Assembly: GCF_016127575.1 (NCBI RefSeq)
Contig: NZ_CP066018.1
Span: forward strand, 2,550,001 to 2,582,000
Source: Cupriavidus necator
GTDB taxonomy: Bacteria > Pseudomonadota > Gammaproteobacteria > Burkholderiales > Burkholderiaceae
Direction: 5' to 3'
Length of the DNA stretch: 32,000 nucleotides
A model generated the notes under the pieces. It searched no databases. It was not told where the DNA came from and saw nothing but the letters and a program-made list of their open reading frames with translations. Position 1 is the first letter of the stretch; the number at the start of each line of letters is the position of its first letter. Of this stretch, positions 10,665 through 18,567 are shown in pieces. The translations under genes and the position numbers were made by a program.

Positions 10665-11138
10665 CTACATGATCCTGTGCGCAAAATGCCCGCGCCGCGC
10701 ATCGGCCATCAGGTCGAGGAACTGCCCGGTGCTCATGTGCACCAGTTCCTGGTGGTCGCCCGCCTCGAAGTAGACGTCGGGATGCGTCAGCAGGCTGTCG
10801 TCGAGCCAGGTCTGCGTGCCGTACGCCATGCCGACCGGCGGGAGCGCGCCGTGGTCGCAGTCGCGGAACACTTCGCGCACGCCATCCTCATGCGCCAGCG
10901 ACAGCTTGCGGCCGGTCTGCTCGCAGATCTCCGACAGTTTCAGGTGGTGAGTCGAAGGAATCACGGCAGCGACGTAGCCGCTGCTGTCTTCCAGCAGGAC
11001 GGTCTTGGCCAGTCGGTCTCCGGGAATGTGTGCGGCCTGCGCAGTGGCCATGCTGCTGAGGCTGTAGGGGTGCCGGACGGTGTCGAACTGGCTTTGCTTC
11101 TTGCTCAGGCATCTCGCCAGCGTGGTAGACATGGTCAT
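10665..11138 (-). CDS. YbaK/aminoacyl-tRNA-synthetase-associated (editing/deacylase) domain protein
   Basis: 157 aa from the ATG at 11138, which is preceded by GGAGG with an 8-nt spacer. MTMSTTLARCLSKKQSQFDTVRHP...AKTVLLEDSSGYVAAVIPSTHHLKL...DVYFEAGDHQELVHM resembles the YbaK/EbsC fold family. Confidence 0.7.
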   Translation of the reverse strand: MTMSTTLARCLSKKQSQFDTVRHPYSLSSMATAQAAHIPGDRLAKTVLLEDSSGYVAAVIPSTHHLKLSEICEQTGRKLSLAHEDGVREVFRDCDHGALPPVGMAYGTQTWLDDSLLTHPDVYFEAGDHQELVHMSTGQFLDLMADARRGHFAHRIM

Positions 11139-11245
11139 GATTTCAACCTCCGACGCGCGCAGCGCGACCGTTGTCCGAGTCCTATCAATATAGGTCGTCG
11201 GGGGTCGGGTGGCGGTGGGGCCGAGCCAGGACGTAGCCGGCAAGC

Positions 11246-11274
11246 ACAAAAAAAGGGCACCTTGCGGTGCCCTT
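11246..11274 (-). terminator. Rho-independent terminator of tctA
   Basis: The minus strand reads AAGGGCACC-gcaa-GGTGCCCTT followed by TTTTTGTG, 44 nt downstream of the tctA stop. Confidence 0.6.
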
Positions 11275-11317
11275 AGTGTGTTGTGCCGCCGGCCCCGGGG
11301 CCGGCGATATTCCCTGC

Positions 11318-12820
11318 TTATTCTTCCTGGAACGCTTCCTCGCGCTTGGCCTTGATCGACGGCATCGCCACGATCAGCACCAGCACGCCAGCGGCGATCA
11401 GCAGGCCCAGCGACAGCGGGCGCGTCACGAACACGCTGAAGTCACCACGCGACAGCAGCAGCGAGCGGCGGAAGTTCTCTTCCATCATCGGCCCCAGCAC
11501 GAAGCCGAGCAGCAGCGGCGCGGGTTCGCACTTGAGCTTGATGAACAGGTAGCCCACCACGCCGAAGGCCGCGGTCTGGAACACGTCGAAGGTGGTGTTC
11601 TGGACCGAGTACACGCCGATGCAGCAGAACGTCAGGATGGCCGGGTACAGGTAGCGGTAAGGCACCTTCAGCAGCTTCACCCAGATGCCGATCAGCGGCA
11701 AGTTCAGCACGATCAGCATCAGGTTGCCGATCCACATCGAGGCGATCAGGCCCCAGAACAGCGCCGGGTTGCTGGTCATCACCTGCGGGCCGGGCTGGAT
11801 GTTGTGGATGGTCATCGCACCCACCATCAGCGCCATCACCGCGTTGGGCGGAATGCCCAGCGTCAGCAGCGGGATGAAGGAGGTCTGCGAAGCCGCATTG
11901 TTGGCCGATTCCGGACCCGCCACGCCTTCGATCGCACCCTTGCCGAATTCCTGCGGATACCTGGAAGTCTTCTTCTCCAGCGAGTAGGCAGCAAACGAAG
12001 CCAGCGATGCACCGCCGCCCGGCAGGATGCCCAGTGCCGAGCCCAGCAGCGTGCCACGCAACACCGCCGGGATCATGCGCTTGAAGTCTTCCTTGGTCGG
12101 GAACAGGTTGGTGATGTGGTCGGTAAAGGTTTCGCGGTGTTCCTTCTGCTCCAGGTTGGCGATGATTTCAGCAAAGCCGAAGATACCCATTGCCACCGAG
12201 ACGAAGTTCAGGCCATCGGTCAGTTCCGGCACGTCGAACGAGAAGCGCGCGGCGCCCGAGTTCACGTCGGTGCCGACCAGGCCCAGCAGCAGGCCCAGCA
12301 CGATCATGGCGATGGCCTTGACCAGCGAACCCGAAGCCAGCACCACGGCGCCGATCAGGCCCAGCACCATCAGCGAGAAGTATTCGGCGGGGCCGAACTT
12401 GAACGCCAGTTCCGACAGCGGCGCGGCAAAGGCGGCCAGGATCATGGTGGCGACGCAGCCGGCGAAGAACGAGCCCAGCCCGGCTGTGGCCAGCGCCACC
12501 CCCGCTCGTCCTCGCCTTGCCATCTGGTAGCCGTCGATGGTTGTCACCACCGAGGATGATTCACCAGGCAGGTTCACCAGGATGGCGGTGGTCGAACCGC
12601 CGTACTGGGCGCCGTAGTAGATACCGGCCAGCATGATCAGCGCGGCCACCGGGGGCAGCGTGTAGGTCACCGGCAGCAGCATGGCGATGGTGGCCAGCGG
12701 CCCCAGGCCCGGCAGCACGCCGATCAGGGTTCCCAGCACGCAGCCCAGGAAGGCGTACGCGAGGTTCTGGAAGGTCAGGGCGGTGGAGAAGCCCAGACCC
12801 AGGTTGGCGAGTAGTTCCAT
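11318..12820 (-). CDS. tctA: Tripartite tricarboxylate transporter, large permease subunit
   Basis: 500-aa polytopic membrane protein, MELLANLGLGFSTALTFQNLAYAFLGCVLGTLIGVLPGLGP...GESSSVVTTIDGYQMARRG, with TctA family signatures. Confidence 0.9.
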   Translation of the reverse strand: MELLANLGLGFSTALTFQNLAYAFLGCVLGTLIGVLPGLGPLATIAMLLPVTYTLPPVAALIMLAGIYYGAQYGGSTTAILVNLPGESSSVVTTIDGYQMARRGRAGVALATAGLGSFFAGCVATMILAAFAAPLSELAFKFGPAEYFSLMVLGLIGAVVLASGSLVKAIAMIVLGLLLGLVGTDVNSGAARFSFDVPELTDGLNFVSVAMGIFGFAEIIANLEQKEHRETFTDHITNLFPTKEDFKRMIPAVLRGTLLGSALGILPGGGASLASFAAYSLEKKTSRYPQEFGKGAIEGVAGPESANNAASQTSFIPLLTLGIPPNAVMALMVGAMTIHNIQPGPQVMTSNPALFWGLIASMWIGNLMLIVLNLPLIGIWVKLLKVPYRYLYPAILTFCCIGVYSVQNTTFDVFQTAAFGVVGYLFIKLKCEPAPLLLGFVLGPMMEENFRRSLLLSRGDFSVFVTRPLSLGLLIAAGVLVLIVAMPSIKAKREEAFQEE

Positions 12821-12833
12821 GTTGGCGGCCTCC

Positions 12834-13295
12834 TTAGCTTGCCAGGAAAGCCGGCCACACCGGCATCTGCAGGTTGATGCCGTACACGAACGCGCCCAGG
12901 CTGATCAGCACCAGGATGATGGCGTTGAGGATGGCACCCTTCCAGCTGAATTCATGGCTGGCCATCGACGACACCAGCACCAGCACCAGCACCGACAGCA
13001 CCATGCCCAGCGGCTTGAGCAGCAGGCCGAACAGCACCACCGAACCGAGGATCCACAAGAGCGTCTTGATGTCCCAGCGGGCCAGGTTGTCTTCTTCCGA
13101 CTTGGAAGACAACGAGCCCCACAGCACCAGCACGCCCAGCAGGGCGAGCACGATGCCGAGCCAGAACGGGAAGTATCCCGGTCCCATTTTTGCGGCGGTT
13201 CCCATGGAATAACCGCGCGCGACCCAGGAAAAGCCGAATCCGACCAGGATGAACATCAGGCCGGAGGCGAAGTCCTTTTGGCTACGTATGCGCAA
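12834..13295 (-). CDS. tctB: Tripartite tricarboxylate transporter, small permease subunit
   Basis: 153-aa protein with 4 TM segments, 13 nt upstream of tctA. The start is TTG, preceded by GAGGAG with a 7-nt spacer. Confidence 0.75.
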   Translation of the reverse strand: MRIRSQKDFASGLMFILVGFGFSWVARGYSMGTAAKMGPGYFPFWLGIVLALLGVLVLWGSLSSKSEEDNLARWDIKTLLWILGSVVLFGLLLKPLGMVLSVLVLVLVSSMASHEFSWKGAILNAIILVLISLGAFVYGINLQMPVWPAFLAS

Positions 13296-13422
13296 AGTGA
13301 ATCTCCTCGATAAGACTGCTTGAAATCTCAGGAGGGCTCCCTTCCTCTGCCTTTGTTGCGATGCATCAATGCGGCAGTTTGCGGGAGCTCTCCTACGGGC
13401 AGGGTGGAAGTTAAGGGGGCGA

Positions 13423-13441
13423 CCTTTCAGCTACCTTTCAG
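13423..13441 (+). repeat. Tandem direct repeat CCTTTCAG-cta-CCTTTCAG (11-bp period)
   Basis: Read directly from the sequence. It is the inverted counterpart of the pair at 13595-13611. Confidence 0.8.
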
Positions 13442-13594
13442 ATGTCTGCAAACAGGGTCATGCTGAGGGTATCCCCTAGTGAAAGAGCGTTTAAAAGTGC
13501 CGCCAAGCCAAGCTGGGAGCGGGTTGGCGGGCCGTGGCGCCAGTCGCTGCGCTATCATCCGGGGCGGTCGTGCGCCGTGCGGCGCTACCCGCCG

Positions 13595-13611
13595 CTGAAA
13601 GGTTTGAAAGG
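13595..13611 (-). repeat. Tandem repeat CTGAAAGG-t-TTGAAAGG (reverse complement of the 13423-13441 repeat, 9-bp period)
   Basis: Read directly from the sequence. It overlaps the 5' arm of the hairpin GGTTCC-GCAA-GGAACC at 13610-13625. Confidence 0.8.
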
Positions 13612-13647
13612 TTCCGCAAGGAACCACTACGCAACGCGAGGAGCGGT

Positions 13648-15444
13648 TTGGAGAGCATTGACCACATCATTCTGATCGGCGCCGTCGTGATGTCGCTGGG
13701 CATCGTGCTGGGGGCTTTCTCGGCACGCCTGGGCGTGCCGTTCCTGCTGGTCTTCCTGGCCGTGGGCATGCTGGCCGGCGTGGACGGGCCGGGCGGCATC
13801 CGTTTCTCCGATACCTGGCTCAGCTTCCTGGTCGGCAACCTGGCGCTGGCGGTGATCCTGCTCGATGGCGGGCTGCGCACGCGCTTTGCCACCTTCCGGG
13901 TGGCGCTGAAGCCTTCGCTGTCGCTGGCGACCGTGGGGGTGCTGGTGACGGCAGCGCTGGTCGGCGTGTTCGCCGCGTGGCTGCTGGGCATCGACTGGAG
14001 GCTCGGGCTGCTGCTTGGTGCCATCGTCGGCTCGACCGACGCGGCCGCGGTGTTCTCGATGCTCAATAGCAGCGGCATCCGGCTGAAGGAGCGGGTGGCG
14101 AGCGTGCTCGAGATCGAGTCCGGCATCAACGACCCGATGGCGATCTTCCTGACCCTGACGCTGATCGAATGGCTGACCGCGCCTGACGGCCTGACGCCGC
14201 TGGGCCTGGTCACGCGGCTGCTGGTGCAGTTCGGCGTGGGCGGCGTGCTCGGCCTGGCGCTCGGCTATTGCCTGGCCCGCGTGCTGGAGCGCATCCGCGT
14301 GGCCGAAGGGCTGCAGGCGATCCTGCTGTGCTCGGGCGGCGCCATGGTGTTCGCGCTGGTGCAGAGCGCCGGCGGCAGCGGTTTCCTGGCGGTGTACCTG
14401 ACCGGCATGCTGATCGGTAACCGCGAGCGCGCGGTGACGCCGGACACCATGCGCGCCATGGACGGCATGGCCTGGCTGGCGCAGTCGGCCATGTTCCTGC
14501 TGCTGGGCCTGCTGGTGTCGCCGCACCGGATCTGGGAGGTGGCCGGTCCGGCGGTGGCGGTGGCGGCCTTCCTGATGCTGGTGGCGCGGCCGGTGGCGGT
14601 GTGGCTGGCGCTGCTGCCGTTCCGCTTCAATGCGCGCGAGACCGGCTTTATCGCCTGGATGGGCCTGCGCGGCGCGGTGCCGATCGTACTGGCGCTGTTT
14701 CCGCTGCTGCGCGAGGTGCCGCAATCGGGGCTGCTGTTCCGGATCGCCTTTGCCGTGGTGCTGGCCAGCCTGCTGTTCCAGGGCACCACGGTGTCGGTGG
14801 CGGCGCGCCTGGCGCGCGTGCGGCGCCCCGGCTACCCCGAGCCGCTGGCGCGTTCGCGCCTGCGCGGCACGCGCGCGCCGATCCTGGAGGTGATGCAGTT
14901 CGAGGTGGGGCCCAATGCGCCCGTGGAGAACGTGCGCGCCGACCAGCTGGAGCTGCCGCCGCGCTGCCGGCTGCTGACGGTGGCGCGCGACGATGCGCTG
15001 GCGGCGCTGGATCAGACCGTGCTGCGCGCCGGCGACAGCGTCTCGGTGCTGGCGCCGGTGACGACCCTGCCGATGCTGTCGGCGCTGTTCCAGGCACCGG
15101 GCCGCGCGCCTACCTGGGAGCAGGCCTCGCATGATTTCCTGTTGTCGGGCGATGCGCTGCTGCGCGACGTCGCGGCACTGTACGGCACGCGCGCGCTGAC
15201 CCCGGAAGAGGAGCCGCTGACGCTTGAGTCTGCCATGCAGCGGGCCTTCACCTCGCCGCCGGTGGAGGGCGACAGCGTCGCGATCGCCGGCCTGCCGCTG
15301 ACGGTGACGCGCATGGAAGGCGCGCAGATCCTGCAGGTGGGGTTGCTGCTGCCGCGGCTGGACGGGGATTCGGGCGGGCGGCTATGGCCGCGCCGGCGCA
15401 AGGAAGGGGCAGAGCGGGGCGGGGAGGGCGCCGAGGCGGAGTAA
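13648..15444 (+). CDS. nhaP2: K+/H+ (cation/proton) antiporter, CPA1 NhaP2/CvrA type, with a C-terminal TrkA_C-like domain
   Basis: From the TTG at 13648 (GAGGAG at 13638-13643): MESIDHIILIGAVVMSLGIVLGAFSARLGVPFLLVFLAVGMLAGVDGPGG...GAIVGSTDAAAVFSML...LEIESGINDPMAIFLT...GLRGAVPIVLALFP, colinear with E. coli CvrA/YcgO. The track ORF start at 13534 is an upstream extension. Confidence 0.85.
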   Translation: MESIDHIILIGAVVMSLGIVLGAFSARLGVPFLLVFLAVGMLAGVDGPGGIRFSDTWLSFLVGNLALAVILLDGGLRTRFATFRVALKPSLSLATVGVLVTAALVGVFAAWLLGIDWRLGLLLGAIVGSTDAAAVFSMLNSSGIRLKERVASVLEIESGINDPMAIFLTLTLIEWLTAPDGLTPLGLVTRLLVQFGVGGVLGLALGYCLARVLERIRVAEGLQAILLCSGGAMVFALVQSAGGSGFLAVYLTGMLIGNRERAVTPDTMRAMDGMAWLAQSAMFLLLGLLVSPHRIWEVAGPAVAVAAFLMLVARPVAVWLALLPFRFNARETGFIAWMGLRGAVPIVLALFPLLREVPQSGLLFRIAFAVVLASLLFQGTTVSVAARLARVRRPGYPEPLARSRLRGTRAPILEVMQFEVGPNAPVENVRADQLELPPRCRLLTVARDDALAALDQTVLRAGDSVSVLAPVTTLPMLSALFQAPGRAPTWEQASHDFLLSGDALLRDVAALYGTRALTPEEEPLTLESAMQRAFTSPPVEGDSVAIAGLPLTVTRMEGAQILQVGLLLPRLDGDSGGRLWPRRRKEGAERGGEGAEAE

Positions 15445-15447
15445 TGA

Positions 15448-15477
15448 CAAAAAAGGCGGCCATGGCCGCCTTGTTTT
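15448..15477. terminator. Bidirectional intrinsic terminator between convergent nhaP2 and the Bug gene
   Basis: Perfect 16-nt palindrome GGCGGCCATGGCCGCC, flanked by AAAAAA on the left and TTGTTTT on the right. Confidence 0.6.
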
Positions 15478-16472
15478 CAATCCACCTTCGCCCCGGATAC
15501 CTTCACGATCTGCGCGTATTTCTTCAGCTCGCGCTGGATCAGCGCCGCGAACTGCTCGGGCGTGGTCGGTGCCGGCTGTGCGCCGATGCGGGCCAGGCGT
15601 GCCTTCATCTCGTCGGTCTTCAGGATTGCCACGATCTCATGGTTAAGCCGCTCGACGATCTCGCGCGGGGTGTTGGCCGGCGCGAACACGCCGAACCACG
15701 TCGAGATGTCGAAGCCTTCCAGGCCCAGCCCCTTGCCGGCTTCCGCGATGGTCGGCAGTTCCGGGAAGGCCGCGGCGCGGCTGGCGGTGGTGACCGCAAA
15801 GGCCTTCAGCTTGCCCGCCTTGATATTGGCCGAGGCCGAAGCCAGGTTGTCGAAGATCAGGTCGGTCTGGCCCGACAGCACCGACAGCTGCGCCGGTGCG
15901 GCGCCGTTGTACGGGATATGGACCATGCTGACCTTCGCCATGCTCTTGAACAGCTCGCCCGACAGGTGGCCGGCGCTGCCGTTGCCGCCCGAGGCGTAAT
16001 CCAGCTTGCCCGGATTCTTGCGCGCGTACGCGACCAGGTCGCGCACATTGTTGATATGCAGGTCGGCGGCCTTGCCCGGGTGCATCACCAGCACGTTGGG
16101 GACGTCGGCCACCAGCGTGATCGGCGCGAAGTCCTTGACCGGGTCGTACGGCATCTTGCTGAACAGCGTCGGGTTGATGGCGTGCGTGGCCACCGCGCCC
16201 ATGACGATGGTGTAGCCGTCGGCCGGCTGCTTGGCGACGTAGTCCGCGCCCAGGTTGCCGCCCGCGCCGGGCTTGTTCTCGACCACCACCGGCTGGCCCA
16301 GGCTGTCGCGCAGCTTCTCGCCGATGGCGCGCGCGACGGTGTCGAGCGGGCCGCCGGCGGGGTAGGGCACCACGAAGCGGACCGGCTTGGTCGGGTAGGC
16401 ATTGGTGGCCGCCACGGCGGCGGCGGGCAGCAGGGCCGCGGTCAGCGCGGCGGCAAGCAGTTTCTTCAGCAT
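15477..16472 (-). CDS. Bug-family (TctC-like) periplasmic solute-binding receptor
   Basis: 331 aa. The signal peptide MLKKLLAAALTAALLPAAAVAA is followed by TNAYPTKPVRFVVPYPAGGPLDTVARAIG...VVENKPGAGGNLG. Confidence 0.85.
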   Translation of the reverse strand: MLKKLLAAALTAALLPAAAVAATNAYPTKPVRFVVPYPAGGPLDTVARAIGEKLRDSLGQPVVVENKPGAGGNLGADYVAKQPADGYTIVMGAVATHAINPTLFSKMPYDPVKDFAPITLVADVPNVLVMHPGKAADLHINNVRDLVAYARKNPGKLDYASGGNGSAGHLSGELFKSMAKVSMVHIPYNGAAPAQLSVLSGQTDLIFDNLASASANIKAGKLKAFAVTTASRAAAFPELPTIAEAGKGLGLEGFDISTWFGVFAPANTPREIVERLNHEIVAILKTDEMKARLARIGAQPAPTTPEQFAALIQRELKKYAQIVKVSGAKVD

Positions 16473-16499
16473 GTTTCGGACTTCAGGGGATTGGGATTC

Positions 16500-16955
16500 T
16501 TATCTGGCGCCGATGCCCCGCGCCATCATGACCGCGCACAGCGGCAGCAGGATCACCAGGTGGGCTTCGATCATCACCCAGCGGCGGGCGGCCTTCAACT
16601 CGGACGGCGGCGGCACGTAATCCGGCAGCCGGCGCGCCTGCTTGCGCCAGCGCGCGATGGCGAAGGTCGGCGGCAGCGAGCACAGCGCGATCAGCACGAA
16701 CACGCCCACCTTGGCATGGAACCACGGGTTGTGCAGGTAGAAGTCGGCGCCCTTGGCGCCGTAGAACAGGCGCAGCAGGCCGGTGCCCAGCACCACCATC
16801 GCCGACAGGAAATAGAACAGGTCGTACAGCGACAGGCGCCGCACCGCGGCCGGCGTGATTTCCGGGCGCAGCACCACGGCCTCGGCGGCCATCAGGGTGA
16901 TCAGGACGAAGATCGCAAGGAAATGCAGGAAGGACAGTATGGCGTCGGTCAGCAT
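16500..16955 (-). CDS. Small integral membrane protein (DUF2214-like, about 4 TM), function unknown
   Basis: 151 aa, MLTDAILSFLHFLAIFVLITLMAAEAVVLRP..., with four hydrophobic segments. AGGAGA lies upstream of the ATG. It sits between the CoA-transferase and Bug genes on the same strand. Confidence 0.65.
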   Translation of the reverse strand: MLTDAILSFLHFLAIFVLITLMAAEAVVLRPEITPAAVRRLSLYDLFYFLSAMVVLGTGLLRLFYGAKGADFYLHNPWFHAKVGVFVLIALCSLPPTFAIARWRKQARRLPDYVPPPSELKAARRWVMIEAHLVILLPLCAVMMARGIGAR

Positions 16956-17048
16956 GGATTCTCCTTTGCCTTTGCTTCAGTGGGGACTGAACTGCTTCGG
17001 GAAGGCACCGGCGGGGCACCAGGGCCGCCCGCCGGCAGGAGGAGAATC

Positions 17049-18269
17049 TTACAGCACACCCTTTGCACGCAGCGCTTCGATCTGCTCAGGGCCGTAGCCC
17101 AGCGTCTCGGCCAGCACCGTGTCGGTGTGCTCGCCCAGCAGCGGCGGGTGGCGCAGTGCCTGCGGCGGCGTGGCGCTCATCTTGATCGGGCTGCCCACCA
17201 GCCTGACCTCGCCGGCGCTGGGGTGGGGCAGGTCCACGCGCAGGCCGCGCGCCTTGACCTGGTCGTCCTCGAACACGTCGTCGAGGGTGTTGATCGGGCC
17301 GCACGGCACGCCGGCGGCCTCCAGGTCGCGGATCCACTGGGCGCGGGTGCGCGGGCGCACCATCTCGGCCAGGATCGGCACCAGCACGTCGCGGTTGGCC
17401 ACGCGCTGCGGGTTGGTGGCAAAGCGCGGGTCGTCGGCCAGCTCGGGCTTGCCGCCGTCGGTGACGAACTTGCGGAACTGCCCGTCGTTGCCCACCGCCA
17501 CGATGATCCAGCCATCGGCGGCCTGGAAGGTCTGGTAGGGGACGATATTGGGGTGCGCATTGCCCCAGCGGCGCGGCGCCTGGCCGCTGGCCAGGTAGTT
17601 GGTGTTCATGTTGGCCAGCATCGCCACCTGCACGTCCAGCAGGGCCATGTCGATGTACTGGCCCTCGCCGGTGCGGTCGCGGTGCGCCAGCGCCGCCAGC
17701 ACGGCGATGGTGGCGTACTGGCCGGTCATCAGGTCGGAAATGGCCACGCCGGCCTTCTGCGGGCCGCCGCCGGGCAGGTCGTCGCGCTCGCCGGTCAGGC
17801 TCATGAAGCCGCCCATGCCCTGGATGATGAAGTCATAGCCCGGGCGCGCGGCGTACGGCCCGGTCTGGCCGAAGCCGGTGACCGAGCAGTAGATCAGGTC
17901 GGGCTTGACCTGCCTGAGCGACTCATAGTCCAGGCCGTACTTCCTGAGCTGGCCTACCTTGTAGTTCTCCAGCACCACGTCGCTCTGCGCCGCCAGCTCG
18001 CGCACGATCTGCTGACCTTCCGGCGTGCTGATGTCGCAGGTCACGGAGCGCTTGTTGCGGTTGGCGGCCAGGTAGTAGGCGGCTTCGGCGGTGTCGCGGC
18101 CGTCCTCGTCCTTGAGCCAGGGCGGGCCCCAGGTGCGGGTATCGTCGCCGGCGCCGGGGCGCTCGATCTTGATCACGTCGGCGCCGAAATCGGCAAGGTT
18201 CTGGGCGCACCACGGCCCGGCAAGGACGCGGGTCAGGTCGAGGACGCGGAGATGGCTTAAAGCTCCCAT
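17049..18269 (-). CDS. Family III CoA-transferase (CaiB/BaiF-like), canonical architecture
   Basis: 406 aa from the ATG at 18269: MGALSHLRVLDLTRVLAGPWCAQNLADFGADVIKIERPGAGDDTRTWGPP...NRNKRSVTCDI...LENYKVG...ISDLMTGQYA...YQTFQAADGWIIVAVGND...PPLLGEHTD. The track ORF start at 18380 is an extension. Confidence 0.85.
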   Translation of the reverse strand: MGALSHLRVLDLTRVLAGPWCAQNLADFGADVIKIERPGAGDDTRTWGPPWLKDEDGRDTAEAAYYLAANRNKRSVTCDISTPEGQQIVRELAAQSDVVLENYKVGQLRKYGLDYESLRQVKPDLIYCSVTGFGQTGPYAARPGYDFIIQGMGGFMSLTGERDDLPGGGPQKAGVAISDLMTGQYATIAVLAALAHRDRTGEGQYIDMALLDVQVAMLANMNTNYLASGQAPRRWGNAHPNIVPYQTFQAADGWIIVAVGNDGQFRKFVTDGGKPELADDPRFATNPQRVANRDVLVPILAEMVRPRTRAQWIRDLEAAGVPCGPINTLDDVFEDDQVKARGLRVDLPHPSAGEVRLVGSPIKMSATPPQALRHPPLLGEHTDTVLAETLGYGPEQIEALRAKGVL

Positions 18270-18494
18270 GGCGGTAGTCAATGCAGTGGGTAAGGCGGGG
18301 GATCGGTCGCAACGGCGAGGGGGCGGCGCGCCCCTGCAAGCAGGGGCCAGCACGGGTTGCCTGCAATGTACCACCGGCAAATCGCCGGTGCGGCTTTGGG
18401 TGCTTTATAAGGCGCTTGTGGCGATGGGATTTGGGCGATAGCCGGCCGGCTCCCCGGCGCCATGCCTGACGTGCCCGGCAGGCTGCCTTGCCCG

Positions 18495-18500
18495 TATAAT
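18495..18500 (+). promoter_or_regulatory. Candidate -10 hexamer for alaS
   Basis: Perfect TATAAT 68 nt upstream of the alaS ATG. No good -35 element at 17-nt spacing, so this is weak. Confidence 0.3.
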
Positions 18501-18567
18501 CAACGGTTTGCAAATCCAATACTGATTCGTCGCGCCCGGCCACGCCAGGGCAAGCGTCCGCCATCCC

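Noticed and set aside
13422-13625. Possible MITE bounded by the inverted CCTTTCAG repeat pairs
   Set aside because: No target-site duplication is visible, the arms have different internal spacing (11 versus 9 bp), and no second copy exists in this window. I kept it only as an alternative to test in the corresponding finding.
13442-13675. 77-aa plus-strand ORF and the 66-aa minus-strand ORF (13427..13627) in the tctB/nhaP2 intergenic region
   Set aside because: They use rare codons for this genome (AGG, AGA, GTA, AGT) and encode highly basic, low-complexity products with no RBS. The plus-strand ORF also overlaps the antiporter start out of frame. The region is better described as regulatory or structured non-coding DNA.
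13627-15132. 501-aa minus-strand ORF opposite the antiporter gene. Similar antisense ORFs occur at 11267..12559, 8659..9639, 9691..10656, 24633..26156, 25981..26799, 27078..27938 and 30152..31594.
   Set aside because: All overlap genes with clear family signatures on the other strand. All show the Arg/His/Gly/Gln-rich shadow composition, and none has a plausible RBS or recognisable domain.
15384-18260. 958-aa plus-strand ORF, the longest in the track
   Set aside because: It runs antisense across three well-supported minus-strand genes (Bug receptor, DUF2214-like, CoA-transferase) and their intergenic spacers. It has low-complexity R/G/A/H/D/Q/V composition and no motif. The long stop-free antisense frame is expected when the sense genes have very high third-position GC.
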